This document shows, piece by piece, positions 37,290 to 50,579 of a stretch of DNA of 64,000 nt. Origin of the DNA: Phoronis australis (taxonomy: Eukaryota; Animalia; Phoronida); NCBI GenBank assembly GCA_002633005.1, contig NMRA01000034.1:407696-471695 (forward strand). Direction: 5' to 3'. Position 1 is the first letter of the stretch, and every line of letters begins with the position of its first letter. The notes below the pieces were generated by a model. The model had not been told where the DNA came from. It saw only the letters and a list, made by a program, of their open reading frames with translations, and ran no database searches. Made by a program: the position numbers and the translations under genes.

Positions 37290-40200
37290 TTTAATATTAA
37301 GTGCGTGTTTATAAATGTCCGAGGCATTAATTCAGAAATTAAGTGAGCTCAACTCTTTAAATGATTGAAACAAAAGAATTATGATATAATTTACTTACAA
37401 GAAACATACAGCGTTCCTGTCTCCATTGGTAAATGGGAACGTGAATGGAGTGGTCCGGTATTTTCGAGTCACGGCACTAACCATAGCAAAGGCATTGCCA
37501 TTTTAATTCATCCAAGTTTGGATTTTGAACCTTTTTTAGTCCAGAACGATACTTACGGTAGATACAATGTTCTCAGTTGCAAAATTTCAGAACAAGATTT
37601 CGTTTTACTCAATCTATCCTTTCCAAATGAAACCAGGAAACAACTCGAATTTCTGGATTTCACTAATTTAGAGCTCCATAATTTTGTAAACAACCAAAGT
37701 ATTCTTTGTGCTGGTGATTTTAACTGCTTTCCCACAGACTTAGATAAGATAGGAAAACTAGTGTATTCCACGAAAAATCCTGTAATACAAAACATCAACT
37801 TTTTAAAATCAAGTTGTATGGCGTATGCCATGAAAATGACCCAGGTGTGAGGAAGTACACTTGGAGGGATAACATCATGCCAAAGTAGAATTGACATGTG
37901 ACTAATTTCCAGAGAAGTAGCAGTCAAAGACGTTGCCATTATTAACGACTTTGTGTTTTCAGACCACTCTGCCATTACTTTACATTTTGAAATATCCGAA
38001 AATGCGAAGAGAGGTCCTGATCTTTGGAAATTTAACACTAGTTATTTAATCGATACCAATTATATAAACAAAATAACTAAACCTAATGTCGAATTTTATA
38101 CTACTCAATACCGACATATTGAAGACATAAATTTAGTGTGAGAATTAATTAAAATGGAAATAAGGAAAAGTTCAATCTCTTTTGCAAAAGAGGTTGCAAA
38201 GAAGACCCGCTCTGACAAAATTGTTTTCATAGAAAAAATTAACGCTTTGACATCCAATGTGGAAAGCGACCTTTCATAGGAATTAAAAACAGATTTACAA
38301 AAAGCCAAAAAAAATTTGCAAATTATCCAAACCCAAAAAATTAAGGGCTCGATTCTGCGTAGTAAAGCACAATGGGCAGAACAAGGCGAGAATGGAAATA
38401 TTTTAAAAACCTAAAGTTGCGCCACAGCAAGCGAAAACATATTAACGCCCTTAAAGATGGTGCTAAAATTATACACGATGCAGCAAGCATACGGAATATG
38501 CCAGTGAACTATTACAAAATACACAAAAAGCTATCTCCTGCAGCTTCTGACGAGCTGGAAAAAATCTAACAAAAGAAGGATTGTACGAATCTCTGTTGGA
38601 GACGAAACCTAACAAGACGCCTGGTAATGATTTTTATGAAACTTTTTGGAAGGTAATTAAATACAATTTATTGGCGAGCGTCACATACAGCATTGGAAAC
38701 GGTCACATGTCCAGTCCTTAAAAGCAAGGGGTAATCACGTTATCCCAAAAAGTAAACAGTCCGAGGAATTACTATCTTTACACAATTGGAGACCTATCTC
38801 TCTTTTGAACTGTGACTATAAATTAATAACTAAAATAATCGCAAACAAAATATACAAATATATTAACAATTTAATTCATCCAGATCAAACACGTTAAATA
38901 GGCCAGAATATACGTGTAATTGACGATATGATTGAATTTTATAAAGGAAAGCTCTCCCCCGGTCACATTGTATTCCTCGATTTCGAGAAAGCCTAGGATA
39001 CTGTAAAGTGGGAGTTTTTATTTCAGTCCTTGAAAGCTTTTAATTTTGGTGACGTTTCTATCAAAAGAATCCGTACATTGTATTCTGGAATTTCGTCATG
39101 CATGTTGAAAAACGGATTTCCAGTGACAGTATTTTAACATAGAGAAAGGCCTCCGACAAGGAAACCCACTATCAAGTCCGCTGTTTGTCCTGTGTGCGGA
39201 AATAATGTCACATCATATCAGAAGCAATGAATTAATTAGAGGCTTCACAATAGCCAATCACGAACTTAAAATTGCACAATATGCAGACGATACAGTTCTT
39301 TTCATTAAAGACGTAGAATCTGGCAATAAGTGTCTTAAATTTTTAGATTATTTGGGAACATTATCTGGACTCCACTTGAATTATGAAAAATACCTAGGGA
39401 TGTTTGCCTCAACAATGCACCGAAACCGTAATCCACTTTACGGAATCAGCTGGCCCCAAAAGCCCATTAAAAGTCTAGGCATATTCTTTGGCGGAAAAGG
39501 GGGAGACGCTGAAAAACTCAATTTTGATGAAAAAAAATCCAAAAGCTTAAAGACCTGCTTAATATTTGGAAAACACGAAATTTGTCCATAAAAGGCAGAA
39601 TCTTCATTACGAAAACTTTTGGTTTATCGAAACTTATTCATATAGTGTCAACTGTGGGAATCACCAAAAAGGGAATTCGCGCAGTTAAAAAACTTATCAG
39701 AGAATTTATTTGGTTAAATAAACCACCTAAAAATAAAGAAACTGTGACTATTTCGCCATATCAAGAGGGTGCTTAAAAATATTCTAACATGGAACTGCTC
39801 AAGTTAAACTTATTATTTAATTGGGTCAAGCGTTTTAATACAGAGGATGAGGCAAGTTAGAAGATATACCTGAGGATCTTTTCAGTCGTGTTGGCGGTGT
39901 CCTCATTTTTCATCCAATTTTCAACTGAAATCTCTAAAATGGGAAATTTAAAACCCTTTTTACAAAGATGTTATGACAACCTTAGATATTCTTAATCCTG
40001 AAATATTTAATGAAGTACCAATAGCCAAACAAGTTATATGGAACAATTGTAACTTTTAAGATATTATTTTACCATGATCTGTACAATGCAGGCCTCATAT
40101 TTTGTTACGATTTTTAGATAGCCAGAACAAACTTCTTAAATGGGAAAGCATTAAGAAATATCATAACTTGAAGGATACATCTATCATATCATTTTCTTCC

Positions 40201-41236
40201 ACTACAACGACCTTGAAGAAAGTTCTGAGTGTGTCGTATAGAAGGATTGTTAGTTGTAATAACATTAGATTGTTATTGTTCAATAGTTCCAATTCATGGA
40301 TCAAAAACACATTTATTCACAAGTTTTCTGTAAAACCAGGTAATTATGCGTCTTCACGCAAGTAATACACAGACGACGAAATTAAAGAAATATATAATCT
40401 CTCTTTCAATCTACCCATAAACCCTCATTTGACAATGTTTTTAAATACTTTTTCATCCACAAAATAATTTATACAAACAAAATGTTAAAAATATTTGGTA
40501 TTTCACAAACAGACCAACGTCCCTACTGTGGCGAAATCCAGACTTTTCAGCACATGTTTTACAGCTGCTTCTGTGTTTAACGTTTCTGGAATTCTTTTCA
40601 TCATTTCATAAGTAAAGTTTTAATTTACACTCTGAGCTATCTATGTATCACTTCTTAATTGGCTTGTTTGGCAATCTAAGAGAAATCTTCAATACCATAT
40701 ACACTCATGCCCAATATTATATTTATACATCATCGAGAGATGGGTCTCAACCTTGTTTTAATAAGTTCCGATGTATATTTTTTGACGCAGAGAACCTCAT
40801 TGTATTCAATGCCTCGGATAAAACTTCAGAACAGTGGAGGGTTTTGCAGGCATCTCTTTGAAATGATTCAAACAATGTATGGTGTTATTTTTTAACCACT
40901 TTTGTTGTATTATAAGAAAACTGACCTTTTCATACATATGCACCTAGTACGTAAATATAAACATAAGTTAGGTTAATTAAAGCGTGTGAATGTGAGTGTG
41001 AATAAGTGTATGAAAGTCCTTCCCCTTCCCGTTTCCTTCCCCGTTTAATATTACTCTCAGTTATATATCCGCCCAATCAGTAGGAGTTATTTTCCAGATA
41101 CTTATTTGTTCTATTAATATGATGTATTATACTCTAGTAAGTTGTACAGATATGTAGTTGGTACTACCCAACCCCAGCCGTATCTACTATTCACTAATGA
41201 TATGCTTTCTGGGTAAACAAACGTATTGGAAAAAAG
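37290..41236 (+). mobile_element. L1/Tx1-clade LINE, near-complete but decayed ORF2 plus 3' UTR
   Basis: APE: NVRG, IYLQET, SHGTNHSKGIAIL, GDFN, SDH, WKFN; RT: NWRPISLLNCDYKI, DFEKA, GLRQG, QYADD; C-terminal YCGEIQTFQHMFYSC; many stops and frameshifts; ORF ends 40861. Confidence 0.92.
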
Positions 41237-41416
41237 AGAGTATATCAAATCAAGCCTAATTTCATTGCTTCATTTTCATTTTGTTATTATTGAATTCAGC
41301 GATGTTGGTGGTGACCATCCACTGAGCGGCGCAATTTTTCGATTTCGTCTCTTGAGTCTTTACTTTATGAGTCTTAACTAATAGTTCGAAACGAAAATTC
41401 ATAAAAAACATGGGCT

Positions 41417-41499
41417 TAGTACGGGTGGGACTTGAACCCACGCGGACATACGTCCATTGGAACTTAAGTCCAACGCCTTAACCACTCGGCCACCGTACT
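41417..41499 (-). tRNA. trnL-TAA: tRNA-Leu(UAA)
   Basis: AGTACGG/CCGTACT acceptor stem plus A73, D-arm TGGCCGAGTGGTTAAGGC, anticodon arm TTGGA-CTTAAGT-TCCAA, long variable arm, GGGTTCAAGTCCC T-arm, and a T6 Pol III terminator 8 nt downstream. Confidence 0.95.
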
Positions 41500-41595
41500 G
41501 TACGCGCCTCACCGATGGGTTAAACAGATTTAGAGCTAATTACCGTTAATAAATATTTCATTAGACATGGCATTTATACCCAGTGCAGGATTTAT

Positions 41596-42500
41596 AGGGG
41601 GAGGGGGGAAAACGGGGCATTTGCCCTTCCTGGACCTCCTTATAGATGGACTCCTTTAAATGAAACATGGATGCTTAAAATTCACTGCAAAAATAACATT
41701 GATCGTGTGATTTCCAATTAGCTCCACCATGACGAATGAAAGGGTCTCCTATTTTATTGGGAGGGGGATACGAGGTAAGCGCTTGTTCCAGAGCCTCCCC
41801 GCCCCCGTTTCCTGGGAAGAACCCTTTGCCTCTCAGCGTAAAAACAGTACGCATCAACGGTGCGAACTGGGGTGGCAGCGGCTATCAGCCCTCCCTCAAA
41901 AACCCCGCCCCTGCAGCGCTTTTTTGGCCTAACTGTTTCGACGTTGAAATCAAAAGGTCCGTTCAGGCCTTTGATCCCCTGGCGCATGTGAACGCTGAAA
42001 GGCCCCATGCTGTAGTATTCCAACACAACTTTTGATAATCTATACTTNAGGGGGAGGGGGGCAAACGGGGCATTTGCCCGGCCTGGACCTCCTTATAGAT
42101 GGACTCCTTTAAATGAAACATGGATGCTTAAAATTCACTGCAAAAATAACATTAATCGTGTGATTTCCAATTAGCTCCACCATGACGAATGAAAGGGTCT
42201 CCTATTTTATTGGGAAGGGGATACGAGGTAAGCGCTTGTTCCAGAGCCTCCCCGCCCCCGTTTCCTGGGAAGAACCCTTTGCCTCTCAGCGTAAAAACAG
42301 TACGCATCAACGGTGCGAACTGGGGTGGCAGCGGCTATCAGCCCTCCCTCAAAAACCCCGCCCCTGCAGCGCTTTTTTGGCCTAACTGTTTCGACGTTGA
42401 AATCAAAAGGTCCGTTCAGGCCTTTGATCCCCTGGCGCATGTGAACGCTGAAAGGCCCCATGCTGTAGTATTCCAACACAACTTTTGATAATCTATACTT
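41596..42500 (+). repeat. 452-bp tandem duplication across a single N
   Basis: 41596-42047 and 42049-42500 differ at only a few bases and meet at an N (42048); probably an allele/assembly artefact. Confidence 0.85.
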
Positions 42501-42618
42501 AACCCCCAATCAATTTCCACTGATATTATTGATTTTTTGCCCTCCAAGGCCCATTGTTGCAGTAATACAACAATATGGGACCTCTTTTGACAAATGAGCA
42601 AACTATTTGAATTAGGCT

Positions 42619-43910
42619 TAATACCCAGTTGATGCTAAAAAGCCCAGTAGTTTGTTTTTTTCTTATGCGCAGTATATTTTTTCTTCTAATAAGTGTGTAA
42701 GTTTGACTTAGTAGATTTTAATTTTTGTGTAATGTGTAAATAAACATAAACATTTGGCTTTTTTGTGTTACGTCGTCTGACATCCCATTCAACGGCATGA
42801 TTGTATAATGGATCTCAACCAGCGTCTTTATGAGCATTATGTAATTATTTATTATTCAAAGCGCTATTTTTCACGATTCTTATCCTTTGAAACACACGTA
42901 ATGTAGCACCAATATTGAATGGGCTAATCGATTTTCTGATTAATAATTGTCAGATTCAAGTTGGGGGTGTGTAACATTTGTTAGATGGAGGTGAGAGTGA
43001 CTTGGATGGCTTAGTTAGTGATACTGATAATGATGAATAGGATTTCGTTCTCTAGAAACTGGATGGCGAGGATGCAAGCTCCGTCAGTGACGACGAACCA
43101 CTAGCGCGTATTATAAACAAGCCTGCACCGAGCACTAGTAGCAGCTTTTCAAGTGCTGGAACGAGGTGCTCGAACTTGGGGATGTTATTCACAGGTTCAA
43201 GTCATAAAGCACATTTTGATGGAGAGATTCTGTTCTGTCAACAAAGTTCACAAGCGGCATCACACCCAGAAGGTGTTATCTATACTTGATTTGGCACACT
43301 ATATCCGTTGTTGTTGTGAATGCAAGGTTGTTGTACCATAGACTATAGTACATGGACCGCAAACTCCGTATACTATCAATGGACGAAATCTATGCTCTTA
43401 CAGAAGCAATGACATCATTATTCACTAGCGACACCTGGCCAAATTATTTGGTTTTATTTCCGGCAAGTACGCGTTGTCTGCTAATTATAGTCAGCTGTTG
43501 TGTCGTTACAATCAGAATCTGAAACAAATAATTTAGGAGAGTGGCGCCTCCTCTATGATAGTATGGAAGAAAATGTCGGGGTTGCGAATCTCTTGTCTAT
43601 AATCTATGGTTGCACCAAAAGGAATTTCGTGCTCTTCAAAAGCCCGAAGGTGAGCTCATGAAGCTGAGAACTTTTCAAGCCGAGATTGCGACGTTGCTGA
43701 TCATGTACAACGCTTCCAAGCGAGGCCGGCCATCGTTGGATGAGGTTAAGCCGCCAAAACCTGAATCAGCAAAGATGACAAGAAAGGCAGTTGTTTCGTG
43801 TGACGTTAAATGTGATGGTATTGGTCACTGGCTCATAAAAGTTGCTAAAATAGGTCGTTGCATGTACTGTGTTGACGGCATTGCTGGAAATTCATTTAAA
43901 AACACTTAAC
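42619..43910 (+). mobile_element. piggyBac-like transposon remnant
   Basis: Acidic N-terminal remnant LLDGGESDLDGLVSDTDND (~42978) and C-terminal LRTFQAEIA..KRGRPS..DVKCDGIGHW..KIGRCMYC (43610-43909), typical of PGBD-type transposases; catalytic core deleted; ends uncertain. Confidence 0.7.
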
Positions 43911-45004
43911 TGTTGAAGTCTTATCACATCTAGTTTTTACCACTAAATTGTGTGACGATATGATAAAACAGTGTGCGCCACTTTCCAATAGAGGCTACCA
44001 AAGAGATCTTTGAACACATTGTATTGACAGCATTGCAGGAATTGTATGTGAGAAGGTTGAGCTTTCATCTATACTAAAGTAAATACTATACTATTATAGC
44101 AAAGTTAGTATTTGCAATTGAGCAGAAGGAAATCTGGAACAATTTACGCTGATAATTAAAGTATTTGTGATGCAAAAAGTGTTTTATCATTTAAAAAAAT
44201 GATGTTGTGTTGTAACGATTTTCACAAACAATTGTCTGGGTAAACATGGCACACTTGCTACTATCAGCTCCCACTGTTGCAAAATTGTTGAGTACATCTC
44301 TAATGCTTTTCCATCATCTTGTGACCTATCTTCAAGTGTTATTGAGGTTAAACATCTGAGCCTTCTGAGGTTGGATGATCTTGTGCGTGCAAATATTGTT
44401 CTCAAGCTTGGAGAACATTCTCGTTGAAACCTCTGAGGAACGCACGATGTCACGAAAAACCCCGCTATGCAGGGCTCAAAAGAGAAACTTTTTCAAAAAC
44501 GAGAATAAATGCAATTATGTAGTCTTTCACCCTGCACCAAAAAAAAACGCTTATTTGGACAAACTGGCAAACAAACTTAACTCCAATGCTTTAACCATTC
44601 AGCCACCACACTCAACGATGGAAACGAGGATTCTGGACATGCTCAATTTTTAAAGAGCCTTCATCGGTTTTGTGGCCGAAAATGTATTTTGTGATTGCTA
44701 TTGGATGAGATAAAGTTTTTAAAGTCAAGTTATTAGCTTAAACGAGAGCTATAAAACCTGTTCCTCTCCACCCTCCGTCCCTCTCTCTCCTCTCGTTCTC
44801 CCCACCCTCCCTCCATCCCCTTTCCTCGAGTCCTTCATACCACTTGACCCACTTTCCCAGCGATTTGCAATGTTAGTGGGGCATGCGGGACACTTCTCTG
44901 CCATTGCCGGATTGATGCTCTGTGCCTTGTTCATGTGTTCACGGCGATAGTTACCGCGGCACGTTGAACAAGCATGGGTTTCGCATCTTACAATACCTCT
45001 GAAT

Positions 45005-46382
45005 GTCGAACACAGACTGAATGAAGAACAAAATGGTTTCCGACAGGGGAGGTCTTGTCTTGACCACGTGTTTACACTAACGTCTATTGTTAGAAATAGA
45101 ATAGCTTGTAATAGACCAACATTTGCGATATTCGTCGATATGGAACGGGCTTTTGACAATTTAGATAGAAACTTCTAATTGAAAAAATTAATTAATTTAG
45201 GAGTGGTTGGAAAATTCTATCATTCAGTAAAATCGTTGTATGCGCAGACAGAAGCCTGTCTACAATTAGGTCTGTCAAGTTATACCAACTGGTTTCCAGT
45301 ACAAAGAGGGGTCAGGCAGGGAGATCCATTGTCGCCTACATTGTTTTCAATTTTCATAAATGATTTGATTAATGATTTGAACAGTTGTAGCAAAGGTGTC
45401 AATTTTGATGGNNNNNNNNNNNNNNNNNNNNNNNNNNNNNNNNNNNNNNNNNNNNNNNNNNNNNNNNNNNNNNNNNNNNNNNNNNNNNNNNNNNNNNNNN
45501 NNNNNNNNNNNNNNNNNNNNNNNNNNNNNNNNNNNNNNNNNNNNNNNNNNNNNNNNNNNNNNNNNNNNNNNNNNNNNNNNNNNNNNNNNNNNNNNNNNNN
45601 NNNNNNNNNNNNNNNNNNNNNNNNNNNNNNNNNNNNNNNNNNNNNNNNNNNNNNNNNNNNNNNNNNNNNNNNNNNNNNNNNNNNNNNNNNNNNNNNNNNN
45701 NNNNNNNNNNNNNNNNNNNNNNNNNNNNNNNNNNNNNNNNNNNNNNNNNNNNNNNTTTTTAGAAAATTTCAGGAACAAACAAGTTGTGTCTCTCGAAAAC
45801 TTCAGAACATTCAGGTTCCAGTTAGAAGAGTTAAATTGGTTAAAAATAATCACTGAGAAACCAAAACTGTACTTATATAGATCTATTAAGAATGACTATT
45901 GTGTAGAAGAGTATTTACGTCTGCCGGTGTCTCAGAGGTCCGTCATAGCTCGATTGAGAGCAGGTATTCTACCATTAGAGGTTGAGGTGGGGCGGTACTT
46001 CGGAATTCCTGTGAATGAACGGATTTGTCGTGTTTGTAAAAAAGGAATTGAAGATGAAGTTCATTTCATTTTTGATTGTGAAAAATATACTCACATTCGA
46101 CCATATTTTTTACGGCGTTCTGCCCTACCTCAAATATTCCAAAATAACTTGAAAGGTCTAGCGAAATTCATTCAAGACGCTTTGCAGGTTAGAAGTAATT
46201 GTTTGTTTATAAACTAGTCTGAAGTGGTCATATTTGAGCTTGTGCAATTTGTTATGTAATGATTTAATTATTATTAGGTGACTGAGTAAGCCCATTGAGG
46301 CTGGGGGGTGTGGTGAATAATCTGTCTTTGATATTGTATTTACTGGTACCCTTATGTCACTATAATAAATAAATACACACAC
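45005..46382 (+). mobile_element. RTE-X-like LINE, 5'-truncated, spanning the gap
   Basis: EEQNGFRQGRSCLDHVF, FVDMERAFD, GVRQGDPLSPTLFSIFIND; after the gap LRAGILPLEVEVGRY..ERICRVC..EDEVHFIFDC; tail AATAAATAAATA(CA)n. Confidence 0.85.
45412..45755. other. Assembly gap (344 N)
   Basis: Run of N. Confidence 1.
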
Positions 46383-47999
46383 CTCTATCCGGAAAACCTT
46401 GGATGTTTTCGTTGGGTCAAATAATTCCTCGGCGGTGTTTCATATTCGCAGCAAATCACCTGAATTAATGAAGTATTTCGTCTAAAGAGAAGGGATACCC
46501 GTATGATAAACATGAGTTTACAGTTTACGAGGAAGCATAATGACTTTTGAGAAAGCCTTCAGTGGACCTTGTTTCTAGCTCGAAAAACGATATCTCGCAC
46601 TAAAGACGTCGCAAAATCACGCGAGTGAGTTTTTCGTAAGTACATGTATGCTGGAGAACTTATTAGCCTGTTCCAACAAAATGTCAGTCACTGAAATGAT
46701 TGGTCGGCGAGTTTAGGGTGTTGAATTGTGAATTGAATTCTGTGTTTCCGCAGAATAAGTGCAGCTAAATTTTTCGCCACGAGTGCAAGCTTAATGTCTT
46801 GTAGTCTACCGAACTCAACTTGTCTTGATTTTAGCCACCTCTTAACCAAACCCGTTTACTGTAATGAGTGAAGTTCGCATATGTGCAGATATGAAACACC
46901 GAGGGATAAGTTGAAGCTACGAAAATACCCGCTTGGTTCCTGAAGGCTGTTTGAGTGAACGAAGACTGGCTATCATACAGACAAGGGATTGCTGAGTCAC
47001 TGAACATTCTTTGAACAAGATGACGTTACGTTATCTCACAAGTACACCTTGTACTGTGCGCAGTGAATACGCGCGCCCACATGCTGTGACCCGTGCAGTG
47101 CATATCATGCAAATGAGAGTCGACGTGGGCAACGGGGGAACTTGCGTATTTCAAATATTTCGAAACTAATCTTCAGGCCAACTGACATTTAATATGCGGT
47201 ACATTCAGTACTTTGGGTTAAAGTTCCCCCTCCCACATCACATCCCCGTCCAAAATGAAAGTTATGAATATATGAATCATTACGGAACGATTTTGACAGC
47301 ACTTCTCTTTGCTCTACAGTTGGATCAGCACGGTGAGCGTTTTGCTGGATTTCAATGTTGTGAATAGTTCTTTATAAATATCAAGCACGCAAGAATCGTT
47401 TTGCTAATTTGTATTTTTTTAGGTTTTAATTGTTTTTGTACGCCATGATTTAATGTAAAGGAAGTTCTTTCTGTAACCCAGTACAATTAACGCACCTGTT
47501 TCGCACAGGCGTTTTACGGAGTTTGAAATATGACCTCAATAATTATTGGGCGTTTTCTCTTGTATTCTCTATATTTCTTGTCTTTGACATTTTCAATCCT
47601 GTTTTTCACATCTTTCATGTTTTTACTCGTTAATAACGAATCACGGAATCTTTAAAGCGGAACGTTGCCCTTTTGAAGGCGTTTTTAGTCAGGTTAGCAT
47701 ATTTTACTTTCTATAATATGAATTTTGAAATTTTTGTCAAGTTCTATAAAATTAATCCAGCGAGAATAACTGAGCAAGTTAACTTCTTAAAATCTCAGCA
47801 AATTGTGTTCTCGCAATTTTCCGTTCGATGGTCGCCAATTTTAGTTCCAATCGAAGTACAATTTGTCTGTCGACTTGAGCAAGGATGTCGTAAACAGGTA
47901 ATGGAATGATTCAGGCCGATTAGACATTTTGATTTTGTAATCATATAACGTCAGTGGTGTTTTTTTCATTGCTGAAAACGGTTTCATGACTTAAGACCG

Positions 48000-48450
48000 A
48001 GACCGGCAAGAGATCTTTTATTTATGTTGCCGCTACAATATGGAACTCTTTTAGCCCAGAAATTAAACGGAACGATTCAATTAATGCTTTTAATTTTAAT
48101 ATTTAAAAGTGGCTGTAATTCATTAACTCATTCTTACGCCTGTACCTGTCTTAATGATGCTATTTTTGTTACTGTAAATACTCTCACTGTTTATTATCAT
48201 ATTTTTGTTTAATTTCATATCTCTTATTAATAATCTAATTTCACCATCCTTCGTTATTTATTTATTTATTATCTGAATTCTCAGCCTGTTTTAATTGTTG
48301 CTTTGTTACCTGTTTTTAATTATTGTTTTACTACTTTATTGTATTATATTGAAATGTATTACACCCTGTTGTTGAGGTCCCTCTTGAAAAGCAGTGCTGA
48401 CACTGATGAGGCAACCTCGTTTTAAATGTTACAATAAACAAATAAATAAA
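48000..48450 (+). mobile_element. L2/CR1-group LINE extreme 3' end
   Basis: YVAATIWNS remnant, T-rich UTR, terminal stem-loop GAGGTCCCTCTTGAAAAGCAGTG..CACTG..CAACCTC and an AATAAACAAATAAATAAA tail. Confidence 0.55.
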
Positions 48451-50579
48451 TTTGAGAAACACTTCGATGCGCTTCAGATACCTATGGCTTTGTGATCTGA
48501 GCTAGCTGTTACCGTCCAGTAACACTGCAATTTTATTATCAGTACGGTAAGAATCTAATAGTCAGCGTCGCATTCAAGGCATGTTTTGGCCAAAATTATT
48601 CATTAACGCCCGAGAAGGATTCAGACGCTCCGAGAACGCGTTTTGAGTGACAGGGCTCGCAGGGAAGTGCACGCATTCGTTACCAAGATTTGTATTTTTT
48701 AACCTAACTTTCCATTGTATACATCAAGAATAACGCGTAAAAGCGTAAAAGCGTCGTTTTTTCTTGTGGATAATAATTTCAGTGTTAGTCATAATCGTTT
48801 ACGATTGCACTAATAACCAAAGTATACTCTTCAGGTAATACGTTTTAAACCAAATTTCCGCACTGTCGTCAAGATCACGTGGTACTAACACGATAATTAT
48901 TGAAGCTGCGTACGTTAAAAACGTTTTGGACTTGAAATATATCGCCGGGCGTAAATTCCGCTTAGTACCGAGAAGCCTGCTAGAAGTTTTTGTATCCCCC
49001 AAGCGCCTTTCTCGTTCGTCTCCGTAACTCGTTGCTTTGTGCTGCAAGTGTCCGCTCCAAGTTCGGCTTTCTGTTTTCGTTAGCAACGGATGTTTGTGGT
49101 GCAAGATGGAGGACAATCATAGCGTTTTCATTTTCACCTGCACTGATTGACTGGAACTGATAGCTTGATTGACATGTCGTTTCCGCAGTAGCATAGCGCG
49201 GTGGGCATCCGATGAGTTTTGTCGAAACTTCCGTTCTTCGCGTCTGCTGGTCCTGTTTCTTTGGGTGCGGCATTCAGCGTATTCACTTTTCTTAATTAGG
49301 GTTGGACAAGAAGAATGATAATGCAATCTAATGCGCGAAAAAGTATTGCGTAATCGGAACCGCTTGAAAGAGCTTATGGTATGAGTACGTCTGCTCTAAT
49401 AGGTTATGCCGGCTGTCTGGGCAAGACCCGGATGTACAGAAATAACGAACTGAATGTAATCTACCGATAACGTATATGAAATAGTGGTCTCGACTGGAAT
49501 TCTTTCCTTAAAAGGTTCCTGGAGTACAAAAACATGGATTTTTAATGTAATTTAGTTAATGAATAAAGTCTATATCAAAAATCACAATCATATTTTTTAT
49601 TCTTTCGCATTTTTGTAAAAAGCTGTATTTTCGAATGTTAATTCCTATTGGCTAACACTCATCTGATGTCACTGAGGCTGCACCGTGGGTGAAGACAATG
49701 AGATAATTTAAGGAGTACAGCTCATTGGGTGAAGGCCTCTCAGTAAAGAACTGTACTGTATATGTATAAGTCGTCTACGATCTCAGATCTCAAAAGATCA
49801 AAATGCAAGTTTACTGCCTTGTCGTGTTGACTGTTAGTGGAACGACACAGTTTTGCATGGCCCCGCGTAGCCTTGGTGCAAAGCTGTATACTAAATATAC
49901 AGCCGTTGCGCCAATGTGGATAAAACACTGATGAAACAAAACGTGACCCAAAATTAGTGTCATTAAAAACTACAGTCTTCCTTAAGTAAACTAAATTATT
50001 TATCGGTGTTGGAAAGATTGGCGTTCTACCGGTGTGATTCTGTTTCTTGTAAGATAGTGGTGCTCTCTTTTGGTCGGCTTTCAGCGACGTCACCTATTGG
50101 CCAGTTTCTGTTCCTCGATTCTTTAATTAACTGTTCTTCTCTTCCACGAAGTTGCGTCCATAACACAACAAAATATCGTAACTATACTTTCATTTGAATT
50201 TCGTGACAAATTTTCAATATTTCAAAACCAGCAAACGGAATTTCAGATCAAATTTTGATGCAGCAGTGCCGGTTGACTCCCAGATTTTGCATGCACTCCG
50301 CCGGTTTATAGCTCTACATGTTGATAAGTTTCACATCGAGTTAGGTGACGATCAGAAGTACTCGGGCTATGTGAGATTTAGGGGTCTAACGGAGCTTAAC
50401 ACACATGCAGTGGTACCTAGCTGTATTCTGACGGTAGTCTTCATACAGCTAGCTGGCTGGCTAGGCACTGTAACGCACCAACGTCCCCGGGAAGAAAGAC
50501 AAAAACGTTGTGAGTATGCACAGGTTGACTGGAATATGTAGTCGCGCGGCCAATGACCTATATCTCTTTGTGCTGTGTA

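Noticed and set aside
41596-42509. Duplicated 99-aa ORFs (41736, 42189) as tandem genes
   Set aside because: ORFs appear in several frames of a GC-rich repeat with no homology, and the duplication is joined at an N, so it is probably an artefact.
48374-48420. CTGATGAG near GAAA, a possible hammerhead
   Set aside because: Order and stems do not fit a hammerhead; it is better explained as an L2-type 3' stem-loop.
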